A stretch of DNA of 61,880 nucleotides from Deltaproteobacteria bacterium (GTDB lineage Bacteria > Myxococcota > B64-G9), in NCBI GenBank assembly GCA_030622135.1, contig JAUXGL010000004.1, positions 1 to 61,880 of the forward strand, given 5' to 3'. Positions 9,407 through 18,516 of the stretch are shown here, in pieces. Below the pieces are notes generated by a model that worked only from the letters and a program-made list of their open reading frames with translations, was not told the origin of the DNA and did no database searches. The first letter of the stretch is position 1; the number at the start of each line of letters is the position of its first letter. The translations under genes and the position numbers were made by a program.

Positions 9407-10393
9407 TTGTTGCATCAATTAGTTAGTGGTGTCTGTTTGCTTTTGTTGTTTTTTCCTTTTTGTGGTTGTCGGGACAAAGATTGCACCAGTCATTACCGAA
9501 AGTACTGTTCTGAAGGCAGGTTGTACTGGCAAACAAGTTGCGCCGAGTACGAGGAGCTGATTGCGACTTGTGCTTGTGGCTGTGCAACGGATTCGGTGAG
9601 TTGCAAGGCCGATTGCTCTTGCACCCCTGATTGTGCCGGCAGAGAGTGTGGATCAAACGGGTGTGAAGGCACCTGCCCGCCGGGGTGTGACCGTGGCTAT
9701 GTTTGTAATGTTGATGGACTGTGCGAGCAAGGTTGCCGACCTTTTAGTTGTGAGGATCTGAACAAAGAGTGTGGAAATTGGAAAAACGCAGATGGATGTG
9801 GAAAAGACCTGGAGTGCGGTGATTGTCCCAATGGAGAAAAATGCGATGAAAATGGACGATGTCAGAGTATGGGTGAATGCGTTCAAAACTTCGGCAACGG
9901 GTTGACAGAAAGCGATGGCCGCCTGGATGGGTACCTGCATTGGGTTGTATTGCCGGAACATTTTCAATGTCCCAACGATGACAATCATGTGCGCTTACAG
10001 GTGAAAATGAACGGCCAATTTTATGATGTGTCGGTAAATATCCAGGCAACTGGGTCTTCAGACCCCAACGTATACCATTACGATTTACACGCGGACCTTT
10101 TTGGAGGACCGTGGAGTGAAGGTTGGCATACTTTTAGTGTTGGTCTTGACTATGTTTATGTTCTGGGTGTCAATAGTGAAAATTTTGTAAGCGCTACGCT
10201 GGAAGAGCTGGTTGTTTTGTTTGAAAGCGAGATTGTTCCCGGTTTGCCAATATCTGTGTTCATGAATGCCTATGGTAGTGGCGGTGGACACAACGTTCAT
10301 CGTAACAACTATTTCCCCGACGGCGCCATAGTGATTAATCCCAAAACAAATCCGCACTACTTCTTGTTCAGGTTTGGCAATCAAAGCTTTTAG
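9407..10393 (+). CDS. Cys-rich exported/lipoprotein with C-terminal domain loosely resembling DUF2278/YukJ
   Basis: Hydrophobic N-terminus with FCGC, Cys repeats (CTPDCAGRECGSNGCEGTC), C-terminal YDVSVNI...GGHNVHRN...DGAIV; AT-richer DNA. The family assignment is tentative. Confidence 0.7.
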   Translation: MLHQLVSGVCLLLLFFPFCGCRDKDCTSHYRKYCSEGRLYWQTSCAEYEELIATCACGCATDSVSCKADCSCTPDCAGRECGSNGCEGTCPPGCDRGYVCNVDGLCEQGCRPFSCEDLNKECGNWKNADGCGKDLECGDCPNGEKCDENGRCQSMGECVQNFGNGLTESDGRLDGYLHWVVLPEHFQCPNDDNHVRLQVKMNGQFYDVSVNIQATGSSDPNVYHYDLHADLFGGPWSEGWHTFSVGLDYVYVLGVNSENFVSATLEELVVLFESEIVPGLPISVFMNAYGSGGGHNVHRNNYFPDGAIVINPKTNPHYFLFRFGNQSF

Positions 10394-10431
10394 TTTTTGT
10401 CAGTGAAATTGAATAGGTATTGGAGGAAAGA

Positions 10432-11550
10432 ATGAAGCCGACTTTCGGCGAACAGAGACAGGGGACATTTTCCTGGTGGACGGCTATCGCCGTGACAATC
10501 GTGATTGCCGCCTCGCCGGTGCAAGCTTGGGGCGCGGACCAGAACTGGTTGGCCACCTTTCAGCAAGAGACCGTGGACAGCCATTTGGAGGCGGGGCCTC
10601 TGGCCTACATCCTGGTCGGCGCGGGGGAGGCTTCCAGCAAAGAGGCCGTAAATGCTTTGAGGCGGGCGGTGAGCGACAGCGCGCGGGTGAAGATGGCCAT
10701 GGATGCGGCGGCGTTGGGAAATGTCAAGGCACTGGCGGACGAAGACATCGTCAAGAAAGCCGCGGCACTCCCGGTGGATCGCGTGATGATCGTCCGGGTG
10801 TTCGAAGGCGCCGCCACCACGGCCGTGGTGACGATCTACGACAAAAGCGGCGAGAGCCGAGGTGCCTTTACCGGAGTCGCGGGTCAGGCCATGACCAAAA
10901 GCGAGAAAAAAACCAGCGGCGTCACGTCAGCCGCGGCGAACGCGGTGGGCGCCATCATCGGCGACACGGCCGAGATGTCCGATGAGCAAAAGGAGAAATA
11001 CCTTGAACAAGCCTTGTGGCTCAAGGGAATGACCGGCGTCTACGGCTCCCAGTACGGTATTTGGACCTCCTCTTGGCAAGAACCTCGTCTGGGCAAGTAT
11101 GGAAAACCTATTTCCTGGGAAGAGTTTTTCGAGCGGGTGGGCCGCGATGACCTGGCATTGCAGATTCAGGAGGTGGATGACTACTCGGGCATGAGGATTC
11201 TTGGCTCGTTTCTTGGGATACCCGGCTACATAAGTCTTGTCGTTGGGGCTGGCATGGCGGTGCCAGCCTTTTTAGCTGATGTTTCTCCCGAATTCAGGAA
11301 ATGGACGTGGATATGCCTGGGAAGTGGAGCGGGACTGGCCATAGTCGGCCACCTCATCCACGCCCTGGGGCCGGATCTCCCGGATGTACCGGCGCACGAA
11401 ATTCGCGAGATGGTGGACAAGCACAACACCAGGCTGAAAAAAGATCTTGGCATCGGCAAGGCCGGGGTGGAGAACAGCAGCTTCCGGATTCTTGCGGCCC
11501 CGGTGGTCAGCCCCGACTATTACGGGCTCTCGATAGCTATTCGATTCTGA
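10432..11550 (+). CDS. Exported hypothetical protein with hydrophobic hairpin and C-terminal beta-signal-like tail (paralog of 7125-8243)
   Basis: GGAGGA RBS; signal peptide; motifs shared with the paralog; ends YGLSIAIRF. Confidence 0.8.
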   Translation: MKPTFGEQRQGTFSWWTAIAVTIVIAASPVQAWGADQNWLATFQQETVDSHLEAGPLAYILVGAGEASSKEAVNALRRAVSDSARVKMAMDAAALGNVKALADEDIVKKAAALPVDRVMIVRVFEGAATTAVVTIYDKSGESRGAFTGVAGQAMTKSEKKTSGVTSAAANAVGAIIGDTAEMSDEQKEKYLEQALWLKGMTGVYGSQYGIWTSSWQEPRLGKYGKPISWEEFFERVGRDDLALQIQEVDDYSGMRILGSFLGIPGYISLVVGAGMAVPAFLADVSPEFRKWTWICLGSGAGLAIVGHLIHALGPDLPDVPAHEIREMVDKHNTRLKKDLGIGKAGVENSSFRILAAPVVSPDYYGLSIAIRF

Positions 11551-11561
11551 GGCGTAAAGGC

Positions 11562-12413
11562 ATGCCCGCCGGAAATCTCCAAAACTTCTCCTGGATTTGT
11601 CTTGCCTTCTTCATGCTTGCAGGCGGCAAGGCAACCGCCGGGGCGCCGGACTCGTCCCTGGCGAAGATGGAAGCGGAGCAGATGGCCCTGTTTCAAAAGG
11701 TCTCCAAGGCGGTGGTCTTTCTGTCCAATGAACATGGTTTTGGATCGGGCTTTTTCGTGTCGGAAAACGGTCTCATCTTGACCAACCGCCACGTGGTCGG
11801 CAAGGCCGTGTCGGTCAAGGTCGTTTTGCAGGATGGGCGCAAGCTGACCGGAAACGTCGTAGACCGCGGCGAAAAAGCGGACCTGGCCACCGTCAAGGTC
11901 AAGCTGTCAAACACGCCCTACCTGAAAGAAAGCCGAGTAGACCCTCTCGAGATCGGCATGTTCGTGGCGTCGGTCGGCCACGGTCGAGGCGCCATCTGGA
12001 CCTTCAACACCGGATTGGTCTCGAATATCTATCCCCAAGGCGCCGGGCAGGGGATTTTCCAGACCCAGATTCCACTAAACCCCGGAAGCTCCGGGGGCCC
12101 CGTGGTGGACCGGCACGGAGAAGTGGTCGGCATCGTCACCGCCGGCTTGTCCGAGTCCAACAGCATCAACTTCGCCGTCAGGTACCGGTCAGCCCTGACG
12201 ACACTTCCTTCGCTGGCGGAGATCTGCGACTGCCTGATTATCACGACACCCGGGCCCGAGCCCGTCTTTGTGGATGGACAAATGGTCGGCAAGGGGCCGA
12301 GACTGGGAATCCGGCCCACTCCCGGACGCCACGAGGTTTTCGCGGTCATCGGCGGCAAGATGAAGAAGATCAAGATCCGCTACCCCGAGCGGCGCCTGGT
12401 CGAACTGAAATAA
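11562..12413 (+). CDS. Trypsin-like (S1) serine protease, paralog of 8349-9191
   Basis: GSGFFVS, TNRHVV, DLA, LNPGSSGGP; last 24 residues identical to the paralog. Confidence 0.9.
   Translation: MPAGNLQNFSWICLAFFMLAGGKATAGAPDSSLAKMEAEQMALFQKVSKAVVFLSNEHGFGSGFFVSENGLILTNRHVVGKAVSVKVVLQDGRKLTGNVVDRGEKADLATVKVKLSNTPYLKESRVDPLEIGMFVASVGHGRGAIWTFNTGLVSNIYPQGAGQGIFQTQIPLNPGSSGGPVVDRHGEVVGIVTAGLSESNSINFAVRYRSALTTLPSLAEICDCLIITTPGPEPVFVDGQMVGKGPRLGIRPTPGRHEVFAVIGGKMKKIKIRYPERRLVELK
12339..12413 (+). repeat. 75-bp exact direct repeat, copy 2
   Basis: Identical to 9117-9191. Confidence 0.95.
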
Positions 12414-12631
12414 CATTTTTTCACTCTGCAACCTCTTCTCGGCTACGACCGCGGCCGCCGTTAGGTGGCTGGCCCAAACCAGGTTCGCCTCCTGGCGAGA
12501 GGATCGATGCAATTCAACCGTTGGATGTGGCTGGATGAGTTTCTGTAGTTATTCTTTTGCCAATTTCCATGTCAAATTATTTGACAGAAACGGCGTGAAG
12601 GGGACACTTAGGGCATAGGAGAAGTGCGCCC

Positions 12632-14041
12632 ATGATGAACTGGATCTGGCTTGGCCTGATTGTCATCTCCATCCTTTGTGGGGGCTTCACCGGCCAGATG
12701 CAGGCAGTGACCCTGCGTATGTTCGAGTCCGCTCAGGAGGCCGTCTGGCTGGCCTTCAAGCTGATCGGCATCATGGCGTTTTTTTTAGGGATCATGCGCG
12801 TGGGCCAGGACGCCGGGCTGCTGCGCATCGTCGCCCGCTGGCTGCGCCGGCCCATGCGCTGGCTCTTCCCCGGCGTGCCCGAGAATCACCCGGCCATGAG
12901 CGCGATGATTTTAAACCTGGGTGCCAACATGATGGGCCTGGCCAACGCCGCCACCCCCTTTGGCATCAAGGCCATGATCGAGTTGAACCGGCTCAACCGT
13001 CACAAGGGCACCGCCACCGACGCCATGTGCCTGTTTCTGGCCATCAACACCTCCAGCCTCTCGCTGCTTCCTACCGGCACCATGGGTTTGCGGGCCGCCG
13101 CCGGTTCGACCGACCCCGCTTCCATCTGGCTACCCACCTTGCTTTCCACATTCTTTTCTACCTGCGTCGGCATAATTGCCGTCAAGCTGCTCCAGCGCGC
13201 CCGCAGGTTCCGTCTCCCCGAGATCCCCGAAGCCGAGTTGAAAGAGCCCCAGGAGACCTCTGCTGAGGAAATCGGTGGCCCGTTCCTGAAGGAAGAGGAC
13301 GTACTGGGCAGCGCCGAGAAGGCCTCCCTGCCCGTGCGTGTATTGGTGTGGATGATCCTTTCGACCTTCCTGGGTGCCGCCGTTTATCATTACACTTGCT
13401 GGTGGCTGCTGGCTGACAAGGTCTCCGCCGCCGCTTTAGCCATCCGGGAAGTTTTCGTGCTGATTCCTCCCGTCCTCGACAAGATCCTGGACATCTCCCC
13501 GCCATCGCTCCAGTACGCGATCAAGAACTTCTTTTCCTTTTGGGCCATCCCCGCTTTGGTGGGCGGCCTGCTTCTCTTTGGCCTGGCCCGCAAGGTTCGC
13601 GTCTACGAGTCCCTGGTGGAAGGCGCCAAGGAAGGCTTTCATATCGCTGTCCGCATCATCCCCTACCTGGTGGCCATCATAGTGGCGGTGGCCATGTTCG
13701 ATGCCTCCGGCGCCATGGACCTGATGAAAGCTTCGCTCGGCAAGCTGACCGCCCAGGTCGGCATGCCCGCCGAAGCCATCCCCATGGCTGTAATCCGCCC
13801 CCTCTCCGGAAACGGCGCCTTCGCTTACATGAGTTCCATCTTCACCCAGTATGGCCCCGACTCTTTCGTCGGCAACATGGTCTCGGTAATGCAGGGCAGC
13901 ACTGAAACGACCTTGTACGTCCTGGCGGTCTACTTCGGCTCGGTAGGCGTTTACCGCGTTCGCCATGCCCTGGTCGCCGGCCTCCTGGCCGACCTGGCCG
14001 GCGTCATCGCCGCCGTGGCACTCTGCCAGCTGTTTTTCTGA
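12632..14041 (+). CDS. spmAB: Fused spore maturation protein A/B-like membrane protein (nucleoside recognition Gate domains)
   Basis: MNWIW start, ANMMGLANAATPFGIKAM (SpmA); VYESLVEGAKEGF, RPLSGNGA, GSTETTLYVLAVYFG (SpmB). Confidence 0.9.
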   Translation: MMNWIWLGLIVISILCGGFTGQMQAVTLRMFESAQEAVWLAFKLIGIMAFFLGIMRVGQDAGLLRIVARWLRRPMRWLFPGVPENHPAMSAMILNLGANMMGLANAATPFGIKAMIELNRLNRHKGTATDAMCLFLAINTSSLSLLPTGTMGLRAAAGSTDPASIWLPTLLSTFFSTCVGIIAVKLLQRARRFRLPEIPEAELKEPQETSAEEIGGPFLKEEDVLGSAEKASLPVRVLVWMILSTFLGAAVYHYTCWWLLADKVSAAALAIREVFVLIPPVLDKILDISPPSLQYAIKNFFSFWAIPALVGGLLLFGLARKVRVYESLVEGAKEGFHIAVRIIPYLVAIIVAVAMFDASGAMDLMKASLGKLTAQVGMPAEAIPMAVIRPLSGNGAFAYMSSIFTQYGPDSFVGNMVSVMQGSTETTLYVLAVYFGSVGVYRVRHALVAGLLADLAGVIAAVALCQLFF

Positions 14042-14045
14042 GATA

Positions 14046-14091
14046 CAGTGAGCGTAGCGAACGGTTTTGGTGCGGCGGAGCCGCGCCGTGA
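14046..14091. repeat. 46-bp REP-like intergenic element, copy 1 (inverted copy at 18454-18499)
   Basis: cagtgagcgtagcgaacggttttggtgcggcggagccgcgccgtga matches the reverse complement of 18454-18499 with 3 mismatches; contains short GC hairpins. Confidence 0.85.
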
Positions 14092-14132
14092 AGTCTTGCG
14101 TCGCCGGGCGGGGTAATCTATATTGTCGATAG

Positions 14133-14894
14133 ATGCCGCGTTACGATCGACGACAGAGCTTTTCCAAGTTTGGGGCGAGCTTCCGGTTGACCTGGGCGGT
14201 CAAGTGGTTGCTGATTGTCAACATCGGCGTTTTTCTGCTGGAGTTGCTCATTGGGCGGTTTGAGGGGGGAGTGGATTTCATCCAGGATCATCTGTGCATC
14301 TCCTTCGAGGGCTTCTTCTTCCGCGGGCAGCTGTGGCAGCCGGTGACCTATATGTTTCTGCACGATCCTTACGGGATTGGGCACATCCTGTGGAACATGC
14401 TCATTTTGTGGATGTTCGGATCGCCGCTGGAGCGCTTTTGGGGGCCCAAGGGGTTTTTTAAGTTCTACTTTATCTGCGGGATCGGGGCGGGGATCGTGAT
14501 CCTGCTGACCGGGCTCTTGATTCCCGCGCAGCAGGAAATTCCCACGCTGGGGGCCTCCGGGGCGTTGTTCGGACTGATGGTGGCCTTCGGGTTTCTGTAT
14601 CCCAACTCGCTCATCTACCTGTTCGGCATATTTCCCATCAAGGGCAAGCACCTGGTCATGCTGTTCGTGGGTCTCAGCGTGGTCCAGGCGCTGACGTTGG
14701 GGGGCACTAACGTGTCGCTCTCGGCGCACTTCGGGGGGATGTTCTTTGGGTTCTTCCTGGTGACGGGATGGTGGAAGCCCAAGAAGGCCTGGGACCGGAT
14801 CAAGCTATGGCGGATGAAGCGGAAGTACAAGAAGCTGTCTAGGAAGATCCGGGTGATTGATCGGGATGACCCCGGAGGCGGGTATTACCACTGA
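14133..14894 (+). CDS. Rhomboid family intramembrane serine protease
   Basis: WQPVTYMFLH, HILWNM, GASGA, AHFGG. Confidence 0.92.
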   Translation: MPRYDRRQSFSKFGASFRLTWAVKWLLIVNIGVFLLELLIGRFEGGVDFIQDHLCISFEGFFFRGQLWQPVTYMFLHDPYGIGHILWNMLILWMFGSPLERFWGPKGFFKFYFICGIGAGIVILLTGLLIPAQQEIPTLGASGALFGLMVAFGFLYPNSLIYLFGIFPIKGKHLVMLFVGLSVVQALTLGGTNVSLSAHFGGMFFGFFLVTGWWKPKKAWDRIKLWRMKRKYKKLSRKIRVIDRDDPGGGYYH

Positions 14895-14895
14895 G

Positions 14896-16857
14896 TCAGT
14901 CAAACCAGATGTTTTTTACCGCGTCGTTGTAGACGATGATGCGTTCGATGTTGCCGCGGGTGCCTTTGGGGAAGAGGGTGAAGGCCCTTTCTTGTGGGTC
15001 GTAGTCGGTGGTTACGCCCTCCAGAGAGCGGCCGTCGATCAGGACCAGGCGAACGGATGAGCCGTTGACGCGGGGCTTGCCGGCGCCCCGGGGGAGCATG
15101 AGGAAGATGGTTTTCAGCGCCAGGGCTACCAGGTCCTCGGCCGGGGCCGAACTGGCGGCCGGCGGATCTAGGTGGATTAGGTCCGCGCCGATGTCGAAAT
15201 TGCCGATCACGCCTCGCCGGGTGACGCCGTCTTTGAAGTGAACCGTGGCCTTGCGCGGGCCGGGGGAGATGTCGATTAGTTGCGTGATTCTCTCGGCAAA
15301 GGCTGCGGTCGCTCTGGGCTTGGCCGGAGCAATCGGGGTGATATCATCGTCCTCGCCCGTCTCGATTTCGGTGTCGTTGAGCCAGGCGGCGGTGGATTTC
15401 CGGTCGACCGGCCGCGGGGCCGGTCGCTTCTCCCGGGGCGGGGGAGCGGGAGCGACGCTGAGGGTCGGCAGGGGCTTCTTGGGGCGGTGCTTGGGCGCCG
15501 AGGGTGGTGCCGGCGGCGATTCGGCGGTGGCTTCCTCGGAAAGCCCCCAGAACTGGTCCGTGTCGATGTCCCCCGCGGCGGCGACTTTGGCCGGCGATCC
15601 ATGATCAATTTCCATTTCCGCTTCGACCGGCATTTCCATGATGTCGGCGGTACCGATTTGTAGTACCTCGTTTTTGTCCGGCAAGTCGTCGGTGGTATCG
15701 GGGATCGGAACCGCCAGGTCTTCCGGCTCCTGTGCCTCCGGTTCCTGTGTTTCCTGCACGGGTGCCTCCGGGGCTGCGCCTAGCTTGGTTGCTGGCTCGG
15801 AAACCGCCATATCCGGGCGGGTGGGCGCGGTGTCGGAGAAGCGGAGTTTTTTCTTATACGACGGTGGCTGGGGCAACTCCGCTTCGGTGGTTTCCTCGGT
15901 TCCGGTGTTGTTCCGCGCGACGCTCAGATCTTCCACCTGCTCTTCGTTGGGGAGCGCGTTGCCTTCCTCGTCAATTTCGAATACCTGGGCCTCTTCCTCT
16001 GTCGTCTCCTGCGCCTCGGCGTAGTCGATGGCCTGGCGCATGAGATCCAGGGTAGACGAATCCTCCCCGGCGTCGCCCAGCGCATGGGTGCTCTTCTCTC
16101 CCTCCGACAGCCTGTTTTCCTTGGGCAGGTCGTAGCTTTTCTTCAGCAACCCCTGCAGATCATTGGAGAGATCGTTCGCCTGGGCAGGAGCGCGGTCGAG
16201 GTTGTCCCGGGCCTGAAGCTCCTCGTCGTCCATCTCGACCGCGTAGCTCTTCGCCGCCGTGTCGGGAACGGTGTCCTGTTTGTCTTCTGTGTGCTGGTCC
16301 AGACCGCGGGACAGGCTGTCTGCGATCTCCAGGGCGAAGGGATTGGCTCCCCGGCTCTGTTTGGTCAGGCGTTCGGACTCGTCCTGGGCATACACGACCT
16401 GGCCGTGCTCGATCTTCTTTTCGGCTTTCCCCTCTTCTTCGGGGACCTTGGCTAGCCCGATTTCCCCGGTCTGCAAGTCCTCGGTGGCCTCGACGGCGAA
16501 TCCGGATAGTCCCTCCTGCTTGAAGGTGGCCTGGCCCTCGCGGGGGTCTCGGGCCTCGAACCCCCGTTTATCTTTTTTCTGGTCCTGCTCCCAGGCTTTG
16601 GTGAGCTTGTATTTATCGGCGTCTTCTAGGAGTTTCTCGGAGACCTCGGTGGCGTAGCCGTGATCGGCGGTGGTGGTCTTGGGCCCCGCGTCCACCGGTT
16701 CGTCGATCTGGATCCGCTCGATCCCCGGGGCGTCTCCGAAACGCTGCTCGAGCCATTCGAGCCGCTTGGCCTCCTCGATCGGGAGCCATCCCCCGGACTG
16801 TTTCTTGGCGCGAAGAATCTTCAGCTCGCGGATGTGCCTTTTCCACTCGTCCTTCAA
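14896..16857 (-). CDS. Acidic, largely disordered protein with C-terminal DUF6982-like repeated beta domain
   Basis: TTG start preceded by GGAGAGGA; long E/D/P-rich region; C-terminal VHFKDGVTRRG...LKTIF...LIDGRSLEG...FTLFP...NIERIIV. Confidence 0.72.
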   Translation of the reverse strand: MKDEWKRHIRELKILRAKKQSGGWLPIEEAKRLEWLEQRFGDAPGIERIQIDEPVDAGPKTTTADHGYATEVSEKLLEDADKYKLTKAWEQDQKKDKRGFEARDPREGQATFKQEGLSGFAVEATEDLQTGEIGLAKVPEEEGKAEKKIEHGQVVYAQDESERLTKQSRGANPFALEIADSLSRGLDQHTEDKQDTVPDTAAKSYAVEMDDEELQARDNLDRAPAQANDLSNDLQGLLKKSYDLPKENRLSEGEKSTHALGDAGEDSSTLDLMRQAIDYAEAQETTEEEAQVFEIDEEGNALPNEEQVEDLSVARNNTGTEETTEAELPQPPSYKKKLRFSDTAPTRPDMAVSEPATKLGAAPEAPVQETQEPEAQEPEDLAVPIPDTTDDLPDKNEVLQIGTADIMEMPVEAEMEIDHGSPAKVAAAGDIDTDQFWGLSEEATAESPPAPPSAPKHRPKKPLPTLSVAPAPPPREKRPAPRPVDRKSTAAWLNDTEIETGEDDDITPIAPAKPRATAAFAERITQLIDISPGPRKATVHFKDGVTRRGVIGNFDIGADLIHLDPPAASSAPAEDLVALALKTIFLMLPRGAGKPRVNGSSVRLVLIDGRSLEGVTTDYDPQERAFTLFPKGTRGNIERIIVYNDAVKNIWFD

Positions 16858-16927
16858 ATCCTCTCCATTCCCATTATTCAGGATAGCAAAAGCCCAGCCG
16901 GTTTGACAACAAACCTGCCTTGTTGAA

Positions 16928-17932
16928 ATGATACCCGCCATGATGCTTGAGCGAGTTCTGGTCATTCGATCCGGTGGGTTGGGGGACACGCTGCTGATGT
17001 GGCCGGGGCTGGCGGCCATGCGACGTCGGTTGTCCGGGGCCCGGATCGAACTGATGGGCCACCGGGACCGCTGTCAACTGCTGGCTGTGTCCCCGGGTGC
17101 GGATATGGCCCTGGATGTGGAAGGCTCCGGTCTGCACGTCCTGTTCGAAATCTCCGTCACGCCACCGGACAGCGTCCGTGCCCGTTTCGGGAGCTACGAT
17201 GTGGTAGTGGCCTTTGCCGCCCCGGGCGACTATGCCCTGGCGGAAAACCTCTCGGCCTGTGGCGTGGAGGAGGTTCACGCGTTTCTGCCCTTTCCGTCGG
17301 CCGGCGATAAGATCCACGTGGCCGAGCATGTCAAACAGTCGTTGATCGGAGTCGACCTGGCCTCGCCGGGTGAGGATCCCGTGCTTGCGGTTACCGACCG
17401 GGAACGCGAAGTCGGAAGCGAGACCCTGCGGGCCTTGGGTCTCGAAGGCCAGAAACTCGCCCTGCTGGCTCCCGGAAGTGGCTCGAAACAGAAGAACTGG
17501 ATGCCCGGGCGCTTCGCCGGGCTTGCGGCCGGGCTGAGCCGGCAGGGTTTCACGCCCCTGTTCCTTGAAGGCCCGGCGGATTCCGCGGCGGTGGCGGCGG
17601 TCCTGGACAGCATTGGATCCGATCATCCGCCGGTGCTTTCGGACGAATCCCCCGCCATCCTGAAGGGCGTGCTCGCTCACGTGAGCCTGTTCGTGGGCAA
17701 CGATGCGGGGCCCACCCACCTGGCCGCCCTGATGGGCGTGCCCACCGTGGCCGTCTTCGGCCCCTCCGATCCGATTCTGTGGTCGCCCATAGGCCCGGCG
17801 GTGAAGGTCGTTCGCTCGCCGGTGGAATGCTCTCCCTGCACGGCGGATGAAATGCACGCCTGCAAAAAACGCATCTGCCAAGACGCGGTGGAGGTGTCCG
17901 AGGTCCTGAATGCTTGCGCAAAAATTACTTGA
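16928..17932 (+). CDS. Glycosyltransferase family 9 (LPS heptosyltransferase-like)
   Basis: VLVIRSGGLGD, PGSGSKQKNW, VGNDAGPTHLAA, TVAVFGPSDP, CSPC. Confidence 0.92.
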   Translation: MIPAMMLERVLVIRSGGLGDTLLMWPGLAAMRRRLSGARIELMGHRDRCQLLAVSPGADMALDVEGSGLHVLFEISVTPPDSVRARFGSYDVVVAFAAPGDYALAENLSACGVEEVHAFLPFPSAGDKIHVAEHVKQSLIGVDLASPGEDPVLAVTDREREVGSETLRALGLEGQKLALLAPGSGSKQKNWMPGRFAGLAAGLSRQGFTPLFLEGPADSAAVAAVLDSIGSDHPPVLSDESPAILKGVLAHVSLFVGNDAGPTHLAALMGVPTVAVFGPSDPILWSPIGPAVKVVRSPVECSPCTADEMHACKKRICQDAVEVSEVLNACAKIT

Positions 17933-18036
17933 CCTGTACGTTGGTGCCCTTACCCGGGGATCGCCTGGCGCTCTTGAAAAGCAGTTGAAGGCTCGTATAT
18001 GATTGCCGGCGAAGAATCCAATGTTTGAGGGATGCT

Positions 18037-18453
18037 ATGTATCAGTTGTACGATGAAGAGCGCGGAGTTCGCTATCCTCTCACCGGCCTGATGAAGGAGA
18101 TCGGCCGCACCAGCGAGTGCGATCTTTGCATTCCCGACGACGAGCGGATCTCCCGGGTGCATGCCCGGGTGGATTGGGATGGGGCCACCTGGGTGGTGGT
18201 GGACCTGGGATCAACCAACGGCACCTGGGTGAACGGGGAACTGGTGGAGGAGCGCCGGCTGGAAGCCGGCGACATCCTGGAGATTGGGGACACCCAACTG
18301 CGCTTTCTGCCGCTGGAGGTGGGGGACGAGAAAGTGCGCAAGAAGATTACCCGGATCGTCAAGGACTCCATAGAAGCCGACGAAACCCGGTTGTCGTTCG
18401 CCGTCGGCCGGCCGGTGCATAAGAACATTACCGGCAAGGACGAGAAGAAATAA
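18037..18453 (+). CDS. Standalone FHA domain protein
   Basis: IGR...ISRVHA...DLGSTNGTWVNG...GDILEIG canonical FHA motifs. Confidence 0.9.
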   Translation: MYQLYDEERGVRYPLTGLMKEIGRTSECDLCIPDDERISRVHARVDWDGATWVVVDLGSTNGTWVNGELVEERRLEAGDILEIGDTQLRFLPLEVGDEKVRKKITRIVKDSIEADETRLSFAVGRPVHKNITGKDEKK

Positions 18454-18499
18454 TCACAGCGCGGCTACGCCGCACCAAAACCGTTCGCTGCGCTCACTG
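18454..18499. repeat. 46-bp REP-like intergenic element, copy 2
   Basis: Reverse complement of 14046-14091; begins immediately after the FHA stop codon, between convergent genes. Confidence 0.85.
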
Positions 18500-18516
18500 G
18501 TACTGCTCCGCCGCGG

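Noticed and set aside
9117-12413. 75-bp repeats as a diversity-generating retroelement TR/VR pair
   Set aside because: The copies are identical with no adenine-specific mismatches, and there is no reverse transcriptase in the window.
12632-14041. SpmAB as evidence of endospore formation
   Set aside because: Fused SpmA/B-like Gate-domain proteins are widespread in non-sporulating bacteria.
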